Positions 10,463 to 20,266 of a stretch of DNA of 64,000 bases are shown here, piece by piece (the stretch's first letter is position 1; every line of letters starts with the position of its first letter). The notes under the pieces were generated by a model that searched no databases, was not told where the DNA came from, and worked only from the letters and a program-made list of their open reading frames with translations. Source of the DNA: Deferribacterales bacterium (GTDB taxonomy: Bacteria > Chrysiogenota > Deferribacteres > Deferribacterales > Geovibrionaceae); NCBI GenBank assembly GCA_050251945.1, contig JBFWLW010000002.1:64001-128000 (forward strand), written 5' to 3'. The position numbers were made by a program, and so were the translations under genes.

Positions 10463-10499
10463 AAAAAAGCTCCGGCGCATAAGACGCTCCGGAGCTTTT
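10463..10499 (-). terminator. Intrinsic terminator after the giant protein gene
   Basis: AAAAGCTCCGG...CCGGAGCTTTT inverted repeat followed by T-run on the minus strand. Confidence 0.75.
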
Positions 10500-10510
10500 C
10501 GCAATATTAA

Positions 10511-13500
10511 TTAAACTGTGAAATCCCATTCGTTAGGCAGGTTATAGATGCCCTGCATCTCAACTGATGTCACGAAGCTTTCCGCAACCTCCGCTATGGA
10601 GTGTCCACTCTCGACACAGTCTATCCAGTAAGCTTTGCCATCCGCATCGGACGGTCTGTCAAGCAGGGCAACGTAAAGCTGCTCCACCTGATCATCCACA
10701 GACAGGGCTGCAAAGTCAACACCTGTGGCGTCATGATATTCGGCGGATTTCATAAACCATATGGTCATGTCGCCGACAGAAAGATCTTTGTCAACAACCA
10801 CATCCGCCCAGTATTGGAATCCGTTAACCTCCGGCTGTCTGTCGAGTACCTGCTCGTACAGAGAAGCGATGAAGGTGAGTTCGTCACTGTTCTGGATTTC
10901 GTATGTGCCGTCGGCAAACTCTATCGTCTCCGCGTTGAGGATAGTATCAACCTCGGAAGGGTCTGAAACAAGGCTGACATAGGTCAGACCGTTGTCGCGT
11001 GTTATTATGTAATCACTCATACTTCCGCTGTAAACAACCGTGTCGGTTCCGCTTCCGCCGTGGAGAAGGTCGTCTCCGTCGCCGCCTGACATGCGGTCGT
11101 TACCGCTTTCACCGTAGATGATGTCGTCGCCGGCGAGAGAACCGACGATATCGTCGCCTGCACCCGCGTGCAGTTCGTCATCATCCGCGCCGAGCAGAAT
11201 GTCCTGAATTCCGTCTCCTGCATAAACAATGTTCGCGCCGTCGCCGCCGCGCACAGTGATCCCGCTGCCTATTATCACGGCAAACTCGATATTTTGAAGA
11301 TCAAGTTCCGTTCCGGCGGGAAGAGCCGAAGCATCTATGACCACCGCCTCCTTGGGCGTTGCGTCCCCGTCAGACGTGGAAACCGTATTGGACGTGCCGT
11401 TAATGACTATCGCCGAATCGGGAACGTCGCTTCCTGATACTGACAGGACAATCTTATTGACGACCAGAGTGCTTGTGGAATCCGACAAAGAACTGAGGAA
11501 ATCCGCGCCTCCGTCAAGCATAGCCGTTCTTCCGGCATCAGCGTCGGACGCCGTGCTTTCGATATAGAAGATAAGATCGCCGATGGCGTCGTTAAGTGTT
11601 CTGCTGTCCACAGGCGAACGGGTTCCTATGGTGGTGATACCCACACCGACAGGAAGACTTGCGGTTGTTGCCCATTCCGTTCTTGAGCTTTCGCCCCAGA
11701 AAAGCGGTATCTCCGCAGTGCCTGCCGCACCGGTGTCGTTTACTCTTGTATCTTCAACAGGATCAACCGTCAGGGTCTCCGTTGTGACAACGCGTGTGAC
11801 AGTGTTCCCTTCAAGGTCAGTATATGTCTGGGTCTGGCTCACTGTCTCGGTGGTAACGTCTACACCGTCCACCGTTTCCACGGTTTTCACATCTGTAACC
11901 GTCACGGCATTTGTCGTGTCGGCGGTATTTCCTCCGGTCACAGATCCGTTCCAGTCATCAGCAACGGAAAGATTATATGTCGTTCCGCCGGAAGACTGAG
12001 TTCCGCTGTTGTCCAGAACAGCGTTAACAAGCGCTTTGTCGGCAGAGTTCAGAGTTATGGTAAAACTTGTGGCGGATGATACCTCCACATCGGAAGTGGC
12101 TGAAAGGGTGACGTTTCCACCCTCTCCCGTAAACGTGAATTTTGAAACGTCTATGTCGTTGGCAGAGCCTGACTGTTTAACAAAATTCGAGCCTGTTACG
12201 GTGATTACTCCGGTTTCAGCATTATAGGATACCGAGCTTATTGCAGGAGCGGTTAAGCTTTCCACTGTCACCGCATTGCCTGTCAAATCTGCGGCGGCGG
12301 CTCTTGTTCCGTTCCAGCCGTCTGCGGCGGCAATATCAAAAACATCACCGCCAGCGGCAGAAGTTCCGTTGACGTTCAGCAGTCCTTCTACGTTTATCTG
12401 GTCAGTCTGTGTGAGCGTCAGGCTGAAACCTGCCGCCGTTGCGGCAACCGTATAGGTTCCCGCCAGAGTATAGCTGTTTCCGCCCTCTCCGGTGACGCTG
12501 AGTTTTGAAGCGTCTATGATATCGCCTGCAACCAGTCCCGTACCTGTAACGGTGAGAACTCCGGTTTCGGCGTTGTATGACGCGGATGTTACGGCAGGGG
12601 TGTCACCCACGGTAACAGTGGTTGATACGTTCAATGATGCCGTGCTATTTCCGGTAGAGCTGTCGGAAACCTCGGTCAGCGTTACGGTTCTGTCACCGGA
12701 AGTCGGTGTTGTATCGCTGTTTTTATAGCTTGCACCGTCAATCAGCGAACCTAACTGCGTTCCGGTGAGGCTAAGCCCTGTCAAAGTGACAACAGCCGTT
12801 CCGTTCACCACTGAAACACTAGCTGTTCCGCCTGAAACGGTTGCAGTCGTTCCGTTTGTCAGTGCAATGTCCACACCGCCGACAGTTATATATTCTGTTG
12901 TATCCGCCACATTTGTCACTGTAAGTTTAAGACCTGTGAAAGTCTGATCAGTTTCGCCCGCATCAGCCGTTACACTGCTGAACAGGTCTGCGGAGGACGT
13001 TGTGCTTCCGTATGCCACGGCACCATTCACAGCCGTTGCCGTTACTGTAGGCAGAATATTCAGATCAACGGTGATGTCAGTTCCGCTCAAAACAAAGTCG
13101 GACGCTTCAAATTCCCCGTTAAGTTTTATCGTAAGATCAGCACCCGCAATACCGTCCGTGTCGATATAAAGAAGAGTGTCGGTTCCGTCAGCCACCACCT
13201 CGATAGTATTGGCGGCAACGTTAAGACCGTCCCCCGCCTCAACAGTATCGTCGGTGAAGTCGGCTCCGGAGACCCTGACCACATCGTTCCCCTCAAGGTC
13301 GGTTATGGTGTCGGTTCCGTAATCATCAACATTGTACATCACCAGATCGCCGCCTGAGTTAAGCTCCTGCGGCTGATACATATAAACATCAGCTCCGCTT
13401 CCGCCTGTGAGTGTGTCATCGCCGAGACCGCCCACAAGAATGTCATCGCCGCTGCCTGTGCTTATGGTGTCGTTTCCTGCACCGCCGTAAACTATCGAAT

Positions 13501-16500
13501 CCACAATTCCGTTATCGGTAAACGAGTCGTCTCCGCCGAACAGATAATATGAAAGCGCGCCGGATGCAGGAGCTGAAACGCTGGTTACGTTCAGTGTGGT
13601 CGGGTTTTCAACAGGTGTTTCCGTCAGCGGGTCGGAAATGTCATAGCCGTCGTAGAAAGCCACCGTGGCGCCGCTGAGATCGTTACTGCCGACATTCAGC
13701 GTAAAAGCATCATCAGATTCGTTCAAAATGCCGATTTCTGCAGATGAAACGGTGTTGTCAGAAATATTCACTACCGTTCCGTTGTCATAGATATACATAA
13801 TATCTATTCCGTTGAAATTGCCGCCTGCAGCACCGTTCAGGGTGTTGCCCGTTATGGTGGAATCGTCGGCATAAACCAGAAGAATACCGCTTGATGCATA
13901 AGTTGCATGATCGAACGCAAGGTTCTCTATAGTATTGTCGGTTATGGTTGCGGTGGTGCCTGTGCGCAAACCTCCGGAACCTATCTGTATGCCGTTCTGA
14001 CCGCATTCCCCGGCAACGCCCATACCGGTTATCTCGTTGCCGTCAATCGTGATGTTGAGGCTGGGTCCCCATGCAATGATTCCGGTTTTCTGATAATTAT
14101 ATATTTCCGAATTGGTTATGGATACGTTAACAGTTTCTCCGAGAGAGGCTCCGGCTTCGACAAGAATACCGTAGTTTTCGCTGAATCCCCACTGATCCTC
14201 GCTCTCGTCGCTTCGGATATTCATGACCGTCACATTATCTATCTGTACGTTCGAGTCTACTATGGCTATACCGATGAAATCCTTATTGCCGTTGTATTCG
14301 TCAACAACCGCCTGATCACGTCCGTCAACAGTAATGTTCTTTATGACAACTGTACCGTTTGTAGTATCGGTATCGACGTTGATGACGGGCATACGCCATT
14401 TGCCGTTGTTTGTAAGCTGATCGGGAAGAACCTGCTGGAGGTCGGCTGAATCCGGCGATTCTATCACCACGTTTCCGTTCTCACCGTTCAAAGCATCGAT
14501 GGTGACGTTCTTGGTTATGTTGAACTGTCCTCTGTAAACCCCGTCGTGTATGAGGATGGTGTCTCCGTCCTTCGCAATGGCGAGGGCTTCATACAGACTC
14601 ATACCGTCCGCAGTATCGCCGTCGGTGTCGTAATCCGTCTGTGTAACGTGTATCACAGTGCTTGTGACCGTCACTTCAGCTGTGGTTGTGGCAGTGCCGT
14701 CATTAACAGCCACCTCAATGACAGCGTCGCCGTAAGGCGTATCGTTCTCATAGCCTATATGTGCCAGAACGTCGTTCACGTCAGCGGTTGAAGCGTCGCT
14801 GTCAAAACTGACAACAAGCTTGCCGTCGGCTGAAGTATAGCTCCATGTGGCAAACTGAGTGCCGCCGCTTGAAATGGTTCCGGTTGAATCCGAACCCTGC
14901 TCGATGGTTCCTGTGACAGTAAAATTTCCGCCTGAAACAAAAGTGTATACGTCGTTGGCGTTGCCGTCCGCAGCACCGTTGGAATCCACACGCTGCATTG
15001 TTATGCTGCCGCCGTCCCAGTCGCCGGAATCGTTCTCCGTATCGCTTATCGCTGCGTCGGGAACAAGCCCGCTGCCTGCATCTGCGAGACTGACGGAGCT
15101 GTCGGTTCCGGTATCCGCACCGTTAAGGTCTAAAACTGCCGCATCGTTCGTTGTGAAGCCTGTGACCGTAACAGAGTTTGTTGTGTCAGATATATCCCCG
15201 CCTGTCACGGTTCCGTTCCAGTCGTCTGCAGCACTGATATTATAAGTCGTGCTGTCATCAGACGAAGACCCGTTTGCCGTGATAAGGTTAGCTACGCTGT
15301 CCTTATCCGTTGAACTGAGAGTAATTGTAAAAGACGTTGCGGAGGTAATCTCAACGTCTGAAGTGTCTGCAAGAGTATATGTTCCGCCGCCCTCTCCTGT
15401 AAAAGTGAAGGCTGTCGCGTCTATATCGTTAGCCGAACCGGACAGATGCACCAGATTTGTCGCCGTCACTGTAAGAACACCTGTTGAGGCGTCGTATGCC
15501 GTACTCGTTATCGCAGGCGCAGTTATGTTGGAAACCGTGATACCGTTGCCCGTTGAATCGGCATCGGCACCGCTGACCCAGTCTGCTCCGGCGGCAAGAT
15601 TGAACGTTGTCGAATCTGCCGAGGCTGTTCCGTTGTTATTCAGTATACCGTTGACATTCAGTTTGTCGGTGGCGTCAAGCACTACAGTGAAAGAGGTTGC
15701 ACTTGATGCCGTTACTGTATATGAACCGGCAAGCGTATATGTGTTGCCGTCTTCACCAGTGATGGTAAGAACGCTGGTGTCTATAGGGTCGCCGGTATTC
15801 ATTCCGGTTCCTGTAACAACAAGAGTACCTGTTGAAGCGTCATATGTTGCAGACGTGATTAACTGTATCACAACCGAAACAGTTGCAGAAACACCGGAGA
15901 CTGTCGCGGAACTGTTTGTGGCGCCGTCGTCAGTTATCTGTGTGATAGTTATGACTCTGTCGCCGGTTGTCACACTCGCGTCGGTGTTTTTATAACTCAT
16001 TTCATCAATAAGATTTGAAAAAACGCTGTTGGCAAGACTTATGCCGGATACTGTTATTGTGGCTGTACTTCCTGAAACAAACACATTTGCCGTGCCTCCG
16101 GAAACTGATACAGAGTTGCCGTTTGTGAGGGCAACGTCCGTTCCTCCCATGGTCAAATACTCGGAAGAGTCCGAAACGTTAGTCACGGTTATGGTGAACC
16201 CTGTGAATGTCTGACCGCTGTCCTCAGTGCTGGCAACAACAGTGTCAAACAGATCAACACCTGTTGAAGTGCCCTGCGAGAAATTCACCGTTTCGCCCAC
16301 CGCTGAGAGTGTCGGCACATGGTATGTGATTACAGGACTGGATGAAATATTAGTAAGATACATATTGTCAAGCGCAAGCTGCATCGGCATGCCGCCTGCA
16401 TATACATAGAAAGAAGTAATATTCTCAAAACCGCTTATACCGGAAAGATCTATTGTAACGCCGCCGTTATCGTCTCCCGCATAATCGATGACAACAGTAT

Positions 16501-19500
16501 ATTCGGTTCCGTTGCTCGCTATTATCTTGATCTCCTGACCGCTGTGGTCTACATTGTAATTGTCAAATATAGACAGAGACGACAGGGTAAAATACTTACC
16601 GGATTGAAGAGCCACATCTATACGTGTCGATGCATATTCAGAATCCGAATCACCATCCATCATATCAAATGAAAGAATATCTCCGCTGAATCCGGTGCCA
16701 ATATCTGTTCCGAAGATAACCGACTCTGCTCCTACAGCAAAATCTCCACCTGTTGAAACTATCTCAATGGTTTCACCGTATTTTGTCTGCGTTGCTGTGG
16801 ATGCAACTGTGGCACCTGTATCATCACTGACTGGAGAGGTATTTGACTCAAAATCAAAGTTTATCGTCCATGGTGACTGCTTTATATCAGTTATGTCCAT
16901 GTTATTATAAAGAATGTAATCTTCGCTTATTAATTCAACCATGGTCACGTCATCGGTTGATATTGTGAACGAAGTAAAATTAAACACTCCGTCCTGTCCT
17001 GTGGTGTCAATAATCTGAGTGGCAGTGGAGCCGTCTCCGTATGTAACTATCACCTCTATCTGTGCACATCTGTTGTCCACATAATATTCAAAACCGTTCA
17101 GGTCAAAACTGTATCCTTCTGCATAAAATTTGACGAATGTGGCACTGTCGTTTAATGGGTCTGCGTCCGACGTAACATCATAATCGTAAATGTACAATCC
17201 AGAAAATGATGTTTCATCTATCAACTCAACATAGGCATTTGCAGGGGCATCAAAATTAAAGGTCACACCACTGATAGACTTTGTAAAACCTTGTGAACTT
17301 GATATTATATCTCCGCTTGTCAAGAGATCATCACGTGCCACGGAAACAGTTGAGGCAAGAGAAAGTGATGAGCTGTTATTTGAACTGCCGTCATCAATAA
17401 TCTGTGTGAGCGTTACAACACGATTTGCCGCCGAAATGTTTTCAGAAGTATTTTTATATGTTATACCGTCTACCAGAGTTCCAAATGATGTATTATCCGC
17501 GCCAAGCCCTGTTATTGTGACCGTTGCGGTGCCTCCGGAAATGCTTACGCTCGCTGTGCCGCCGGAAACTGATACAGAGTTGCCGTTTGTAAGGGCAACG
17601 TCTGTTCCGCCTATGGTAAGGTACTCTGCGCTGTCCGTGACGTTGGTCACGGTTATCGTAAATCCTGTGAATGTCTGACCGCTGTCCTGCGTATCTGCCG
17701 TAACACTGCTGAAAAGATCGACAGCACTGCCGCCCTCGGTGAAAGTGGGGGTTTCGCCTGTCGCTGTCAATGTGGGAGCTGTGTCTGCGGCAGGAGCAGT
17801 AATATCAACAAGAGCGATGTTGTCCACTGCAAGTGCCATATTCAGTCCGCCGGCGTATATATAAAAACTTGAGATTCCCTCGAATCCGGAGAGACCTGAC
17901 AGATCTGCATTATAATATCCGTGATCGCCAGTATAACTTATTGGTACTGTATACTCTGTTCCATTATCTGCAATAATCTTAATAGACTGCCCTGAATGCG
18001 CCGCAGCTGATTCATCGTAAATTGTTATTGACTGTAAAGTAAAAACGTATCCGGATTGCAGCGACACATCCACCCTTGTCGATGCCATTGCACTATCATT
18101 ATCAGAGTCAAAAACATCATAAAACAAAAAATTACCTGAAAGGTTTGCAGAATTATATGATTCATTAACCTGATCCGTGACCTGAAAATCCCCGCCAGTT
18201 GATACAATCTGTATAACTTCACCATCCTTAGTCTGTGTCACTGTTGCAGTCCCGCTGGAAAGGCTATTGTCAGATGGAGGATTAGTGTTTGCCTCAAAAT
18301 CGAATGTAATATCAATCGGTCCGGTCACATTTATTGTTGCGGAGATATTGGGTGCGGCTGTGTTGTTCGAACTGCCGTTGTCTTTAATCTGAGTTATCGT
18401 TACGACACGGTCGCCATATGTTGCCGTCGCGTCAGTGTTTTTGTAGCTCATGCCGTCTATAAGAGACGCCATGGCTGCTTCGGTTGCCGTCAGTCCCGTA
18501 ACAATTATCGTCGCTGTCGAACCTGACATTGAAACGGAAGCAGAGCCGCTTGAAAGTGCCGTAGTGCCGTTTGCAAGCGCTACGTCAACACCGCCAATGG
18601 TAAGGGTTTCAGTTGTGTCGCTGACGTTTGTAACAGTAAGCGTGAAGCCTGTGAAACTCTGTCCGTCGTCAACAGTGTCTGCGGTTACTGCGCTGAAAAG
18701 GTCAACGGCTGATGCCTGCGCCTCGTCATACGTAGGAGTGCCGCCCGTCGCCGTCAGCGTGGGAGCTGTATATGATGGTGCCGCTGTTGTTGAGGCATCC
18801 GAAATCGTCAGATTAACAAGGTTGAACTGAATTTGAGGCGTACCTGTTAACCATGTGTAGTACACGCGGATTTCATCAATGATAACGCCGCTGAATGCAG
18901 AGAAATCAAGATTGTAGTCCGCTTCATATACTGAGACACTACCATGGTGATCTGTATCTGCTACCTGAACCCCATTGGCGTACCCAACCACATGCACATC
19001 TGTGAAATCAGTATTTAAATTATCAAAATCTCCTAACACAGCATCATTCAGTTTGAAACTGCCGGTACCGTTAATACTGATTTTTATATAAGAAGTCCCG
19101 GTGGAAGCAGCATCATTTTCGTTTATATAAGCACCATATTCATCAGCCGAAACAAGGCTGTCCTGTCCGTTTCCGTCGTACGCAGTAATCAGGAAAAAGC
19201 CATCTGCGGTAACAAATGTACCTGCGGTCTGCTCCGTTGCGCCTGCGAACGTATATTCTCCATCGGCAGGTACGGCAAGGACACTATCGTAGCCGCTTGC
19301 AGCAAGTGCGTCCGTCTCGACAGTTCCCTGTGCAAACTCCAACACCCAGTCGCCGCCTTTGTCTGCGGAGCCTGTAATATCATCAGACGCCGCAACATCT
19401 GCGCCAGTCGCCTCAGCAAGAGTTGCTATCAGCGTTTTCCCGCTTTCTCCCGCTGCAACTTCGCACCCGTAAACAAGGATGTCTCCGTCTTCTGAAAGTG

Positions 19501-19774
19501 AAGCGCCTATCTGACCGAGCAAATCCGAATATTCACTAATGTTATCGTTGGTAAGCTGAACAAGCCCGAGATCGATCAGCCCGCTGTCACCGTGGGACAT
19601 GATATGTATGGCACTCAGATCCTGATAACCATCCAATATACCCGCCATCTGCGCCAGCGCATTCGACGAAGCATCAATTATATAAACTGTGGAGGAATCC
19701 CCTATTTCACTCACTAGTGCTTCATAATCTGAGACATTGTTAAGAACAAATGTAATTTGGCTTGATGCTGACAT
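10511..19774 (-). CDS. Giant (3087 aa) T1SS-secreted RTX/repeat surface protein: DUF4347-like N-terminus, beta-sandwich repeats, parallel beta-helix, two RTX blocks, DUF4214-like C-terminus
   Basis: No Sec signal; acidic Thr/Ser/Gly-rich; GGxGxDxL nonapeptides; N-terminal IHIMSHGDSG/LVYGCEVA/ADVAASDDITG motifs; C-terminal LYEQVLDRQPEVNGFQYW and LYVALLDRPSDADGKAYW; T1SS genes downstream. Confidence 0.88.
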   Translation of the reverse strand: MSASSQITFVLNNVSDYEALVSEIGDSSTVYIIDASSNALAQMAGILDGYQDLSAIHIMSHGDSGLIDLGLVQLTNDNISEYSDLLGQIGASLSEDGDILVYGCEVAAGESGKTLIATLAEATGADVAASDDITGSADKGGDWVLEFAQGTVETDALAASGYDSVLAVPADGEYTFAGATEQTAGTFVTADGFFLITAYDGNGQDSLVSADEYGAYINENDAASTGTSYIKISINGTGSFKLNDAVLGDFDNLNTDFTDVHVVGYANGVQVADTDHHGSVSVYEADYNLDFSAFSGVIIDEIRVYYTWLTGTPQIQFNLVNLTISDASTTAAPSYTAPTLTATGGTPTYDEAQASAVDLFSAVTADTVDDGQSFTGFTLTVTNVSDTTETLTIGGVDVALANGTTALSSGSASVSMSGSTATIIVTGLTATEAAMASLIDGMSYKNTDATATYGDRVVTITQIKDNGSSNNTAAPNISATINVTGPIDITFDFEANTNPPSDNSLSSGTATVTQTKDGEVIQIVSTGGDFQVTDQVNESYNSANLSGNFLFYDVFDSDNDSAMASTRVDVSLQSGYVFTLQSITIYDESAAAHSGQSIKIIADNGTEYTVPISYTGDHGYYNADLSGLSGFEGISSFYIYAGGLNMALAVDNIALVDITAPAADTAPTLTATGETPTFTEGGSAVDLFSSVTADTQDSGQTFTGFTITVTNVTDSAEYLTIGGTDVALTNGNSVSVSGGTASVSISGGTATVTITGLGADNTSFGTLVDGITYKNTSENISAANRVVTLTQIIDDGSSNNSSSLSLASTVSVARDDLLTSGDIISSSQGFTKSISGVTFNFDAPANAYVELIDETSFSGLYIYDYDVTSDADPLNDSATFVKFYAEGYSFDLNGFEYYVDNRCAQIEVIVTYGDGSTATQIIDTTGQDGVFNFTSFTISTDDVTMVELISEDYILYNNMDITDIKQSPWTINFDFESNTSPVSDDTGATVASTATQTKYGETIEIVSTGGDFAVGAESVIFGTDIGTGFSGDILSFDMMDGDSDSEYASTRIDVALQSGKYFTLSSLSIFDNYNVDHSGQEIKIIASNGTEYTVVIDYAGDDNGGVTIDLSGISGFENITSFYVYAGGMPMQLALDNMYLTNISSSPVITYHVPTLSAVGETVNFSQGTSTGVDLFDTVVASTEDSGQTFTGFTITVTNVSDSSEYLTMGGTDVALTNGNSVSVSGGTANVFVSGSTATITVSGISLANSVFSNLIDEMSYKNTDASVTTGDRVITITQITDDGATNSSATVSGVSATVSVVIQLITSATYDASTGTLVVTGTGMNTGDPIDTSVLTITGEDGNTYTLAGSYTVTASSATSFTVVLDATDKLNVNGILNNNGTASADSTTFNLAAGADWVSGADADSTGNGITVSNITAPAITSTAYDASTGVLTVTATNLVHLSGSANDIDATAFTFTGEGGGTYTLADTSDVEITSATSFTITLSSTDKDSVANLITANGSSSDDSTTYNISAADDWNGTVTGGDISDTTNSVTVTGFTTNDAAVLDLNGADTGTDSSVSLADAGSGLVPDAAISDTENDSGDWDGGSITMQRVDSNGAADGNANDVYTFVSGGNFTVTGTIEQGSDSTGTISSGGTQFATWSYTSADGKLVVSFDSDASTADVNDVLAHIGYENDTPYGDAVIEVAVNDGTATTTAEVTVTSTVIHVTQTDYDTDGDTADGMSLYEALAIAKDGDTILIHDGVYRGQFNITKNVTIDALNGENGNVVIESPDSADLQQVLPDQLTNNGKWRMPVINVDTDTTNGTVVIKNITVDGRDQAVVDEYNGNKDFIGIAIVDSNVQIDNVTVMNIRSDESEDQWGFSENYGILVEAGASLGETVNVSITNSEIYNYQKTGIIAWGPSLNITIDGNEITGMGVAGECGQNGIQIGSGGLRTGTTATITDNTIENLAFDHATYASSGILLVYADDSTITGNTLNGAAGGNFNGIDIMYIYDNGTVVNISDNTVSSAEIGILNESDDAFTLNVGSNDLSGATVAFYDGYDISDPLTETPVENPTTLNVTSVSAPASGALSYYLFGGDDSFTDNGIVDSIVYGGAGNDTISTGSGDDILVGGLGDDTLTGGSGADVYMYQPQELNSGGDLVMYNVDDYGTDTITDLEGNDVVRVSGADFTDDTVEAGDGLNVAANTIEVVADGTDTLLYIDTDGIAGADLTIKLNGEFEASDFVLSGTDITVDLNILPTVTATAVNGAVAYGSTTSSADLFSSVTADAGETDQTFTGLKLTVTNVADTTEYITVGGVDIALTNGTTATVSGGTASVSVVNGTAVVTLTGLSLTGTQLGSLIDGASYKNSDTTPTSGDRTVTLTEVSDSSTGNSTASLNVSTTVTVGDTPAVTSASYNAETGVLTVTGTGLVAGDIIDASKLSVTGEGGNSYTLAGTYTVAATAAGFSLTLTQTDQINVEGLLNVNGTSAAGGDVFDIAAADGWNGTRAAAADLTGNAVTVESLTAPAISSVSYNAETGVITVTGSNFVKQSGSANDIDVSKFTFTGEGGNVTLSATSDVEVSSATSFTITLNSADKALVNAVLDNSGTQSSGGTTYNLSVADDWNGSVTGGNTADTTNAVTVTDVKTVETVDGVDVTTETVSQTQTYTDLEGNTVTRVVTTETLTVDPVEDTRVNDTGAAGTAEIPLFWGESSRTEWATTASLPVGVGITTIGTRSPVDSRTLNDAIGDLIFYIESTASDADAGRTAMLDGGADFLSSLSDSTSTLVVNKIVLSVSGSDVPDSAIVINGTSNTVSTSDGDATPKEAVVIDASALPAGTELDLQNIEFAVIIGSGITVRGGDGANIVYAGDGIQDILLGADDDELHAGAGDDIVGSLAGDDIIYGESGNDRMSGGDGDDLLHGGSGTDTVVYSGSMSDYIITRDNGLTYVSLVSDPSEVDTILNAETIEFADGTYEIQNSDELTFIASLYEQVLDRQPEVNGFQYWADVVVDKDLSVGDMTIWFMKSAEYHDATGVDFAALSVDDQVEQLYVALLDRPSDADGKAYWIDCVESGHSIAEVAESFVTSVEMQGIYNLPNEWDFTV

Positions 19775-20226
19775 ACGTCACCTTTAATTAATAATAATTA
19801 TTTTATACTACACTAAACAGCTAAAAATATCACCCATATGTGCAAGATTTATCATCATTTTAATTTCTTTTTACACAATTCGCATAACCTGAAGCATGGA
19901 AAAAACCAAGTCAAATACTGGAATATATTCAAGATTAAGGATAAAAAAATAACTAATATTTTTGTAGCAATCCGGCTCCTGACATTCCGCTTTACGTAAA
20001 CAAAAAGTTTATGTAAGAGTTTTACCCATCCATACTTCAGCTTTATTATCCTGATAATATCATATTTAAACAATACTAATGTATTTATCTTATCATTCAA
20101 TATCGGCACATTATGTATATTTTGATGCCTGAAATTATGTAAACAATTGTAATAATACATAATTCAACCGAACCAACCAATTCTAGTAGGTAGGTGATTT
20201 ATGAGCTTTTTCTTATTTTCATCCAC

Positions 20227-20255
20227 TTGACAGATCCCAGAAATATATGCAAAAT
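20227..20255 (+). promoter_or_regulatory. Putative sigma70 promoter of the divergent GT4 gene
   Basis: TTGACA-17 nt-CAAAAT, 11 nt before ATG 20267. Confidence 0.4.
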
Positions 20256-20266
20256 ATCATACTTTT

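Noticed and set aside
19855..20160. 101-aa ORF in the AT-rich spacer
   Set aside because: Low-complexity Ile/Lys/Phe composition typical of AT-rich non-coding DNA; no RBS or motif.
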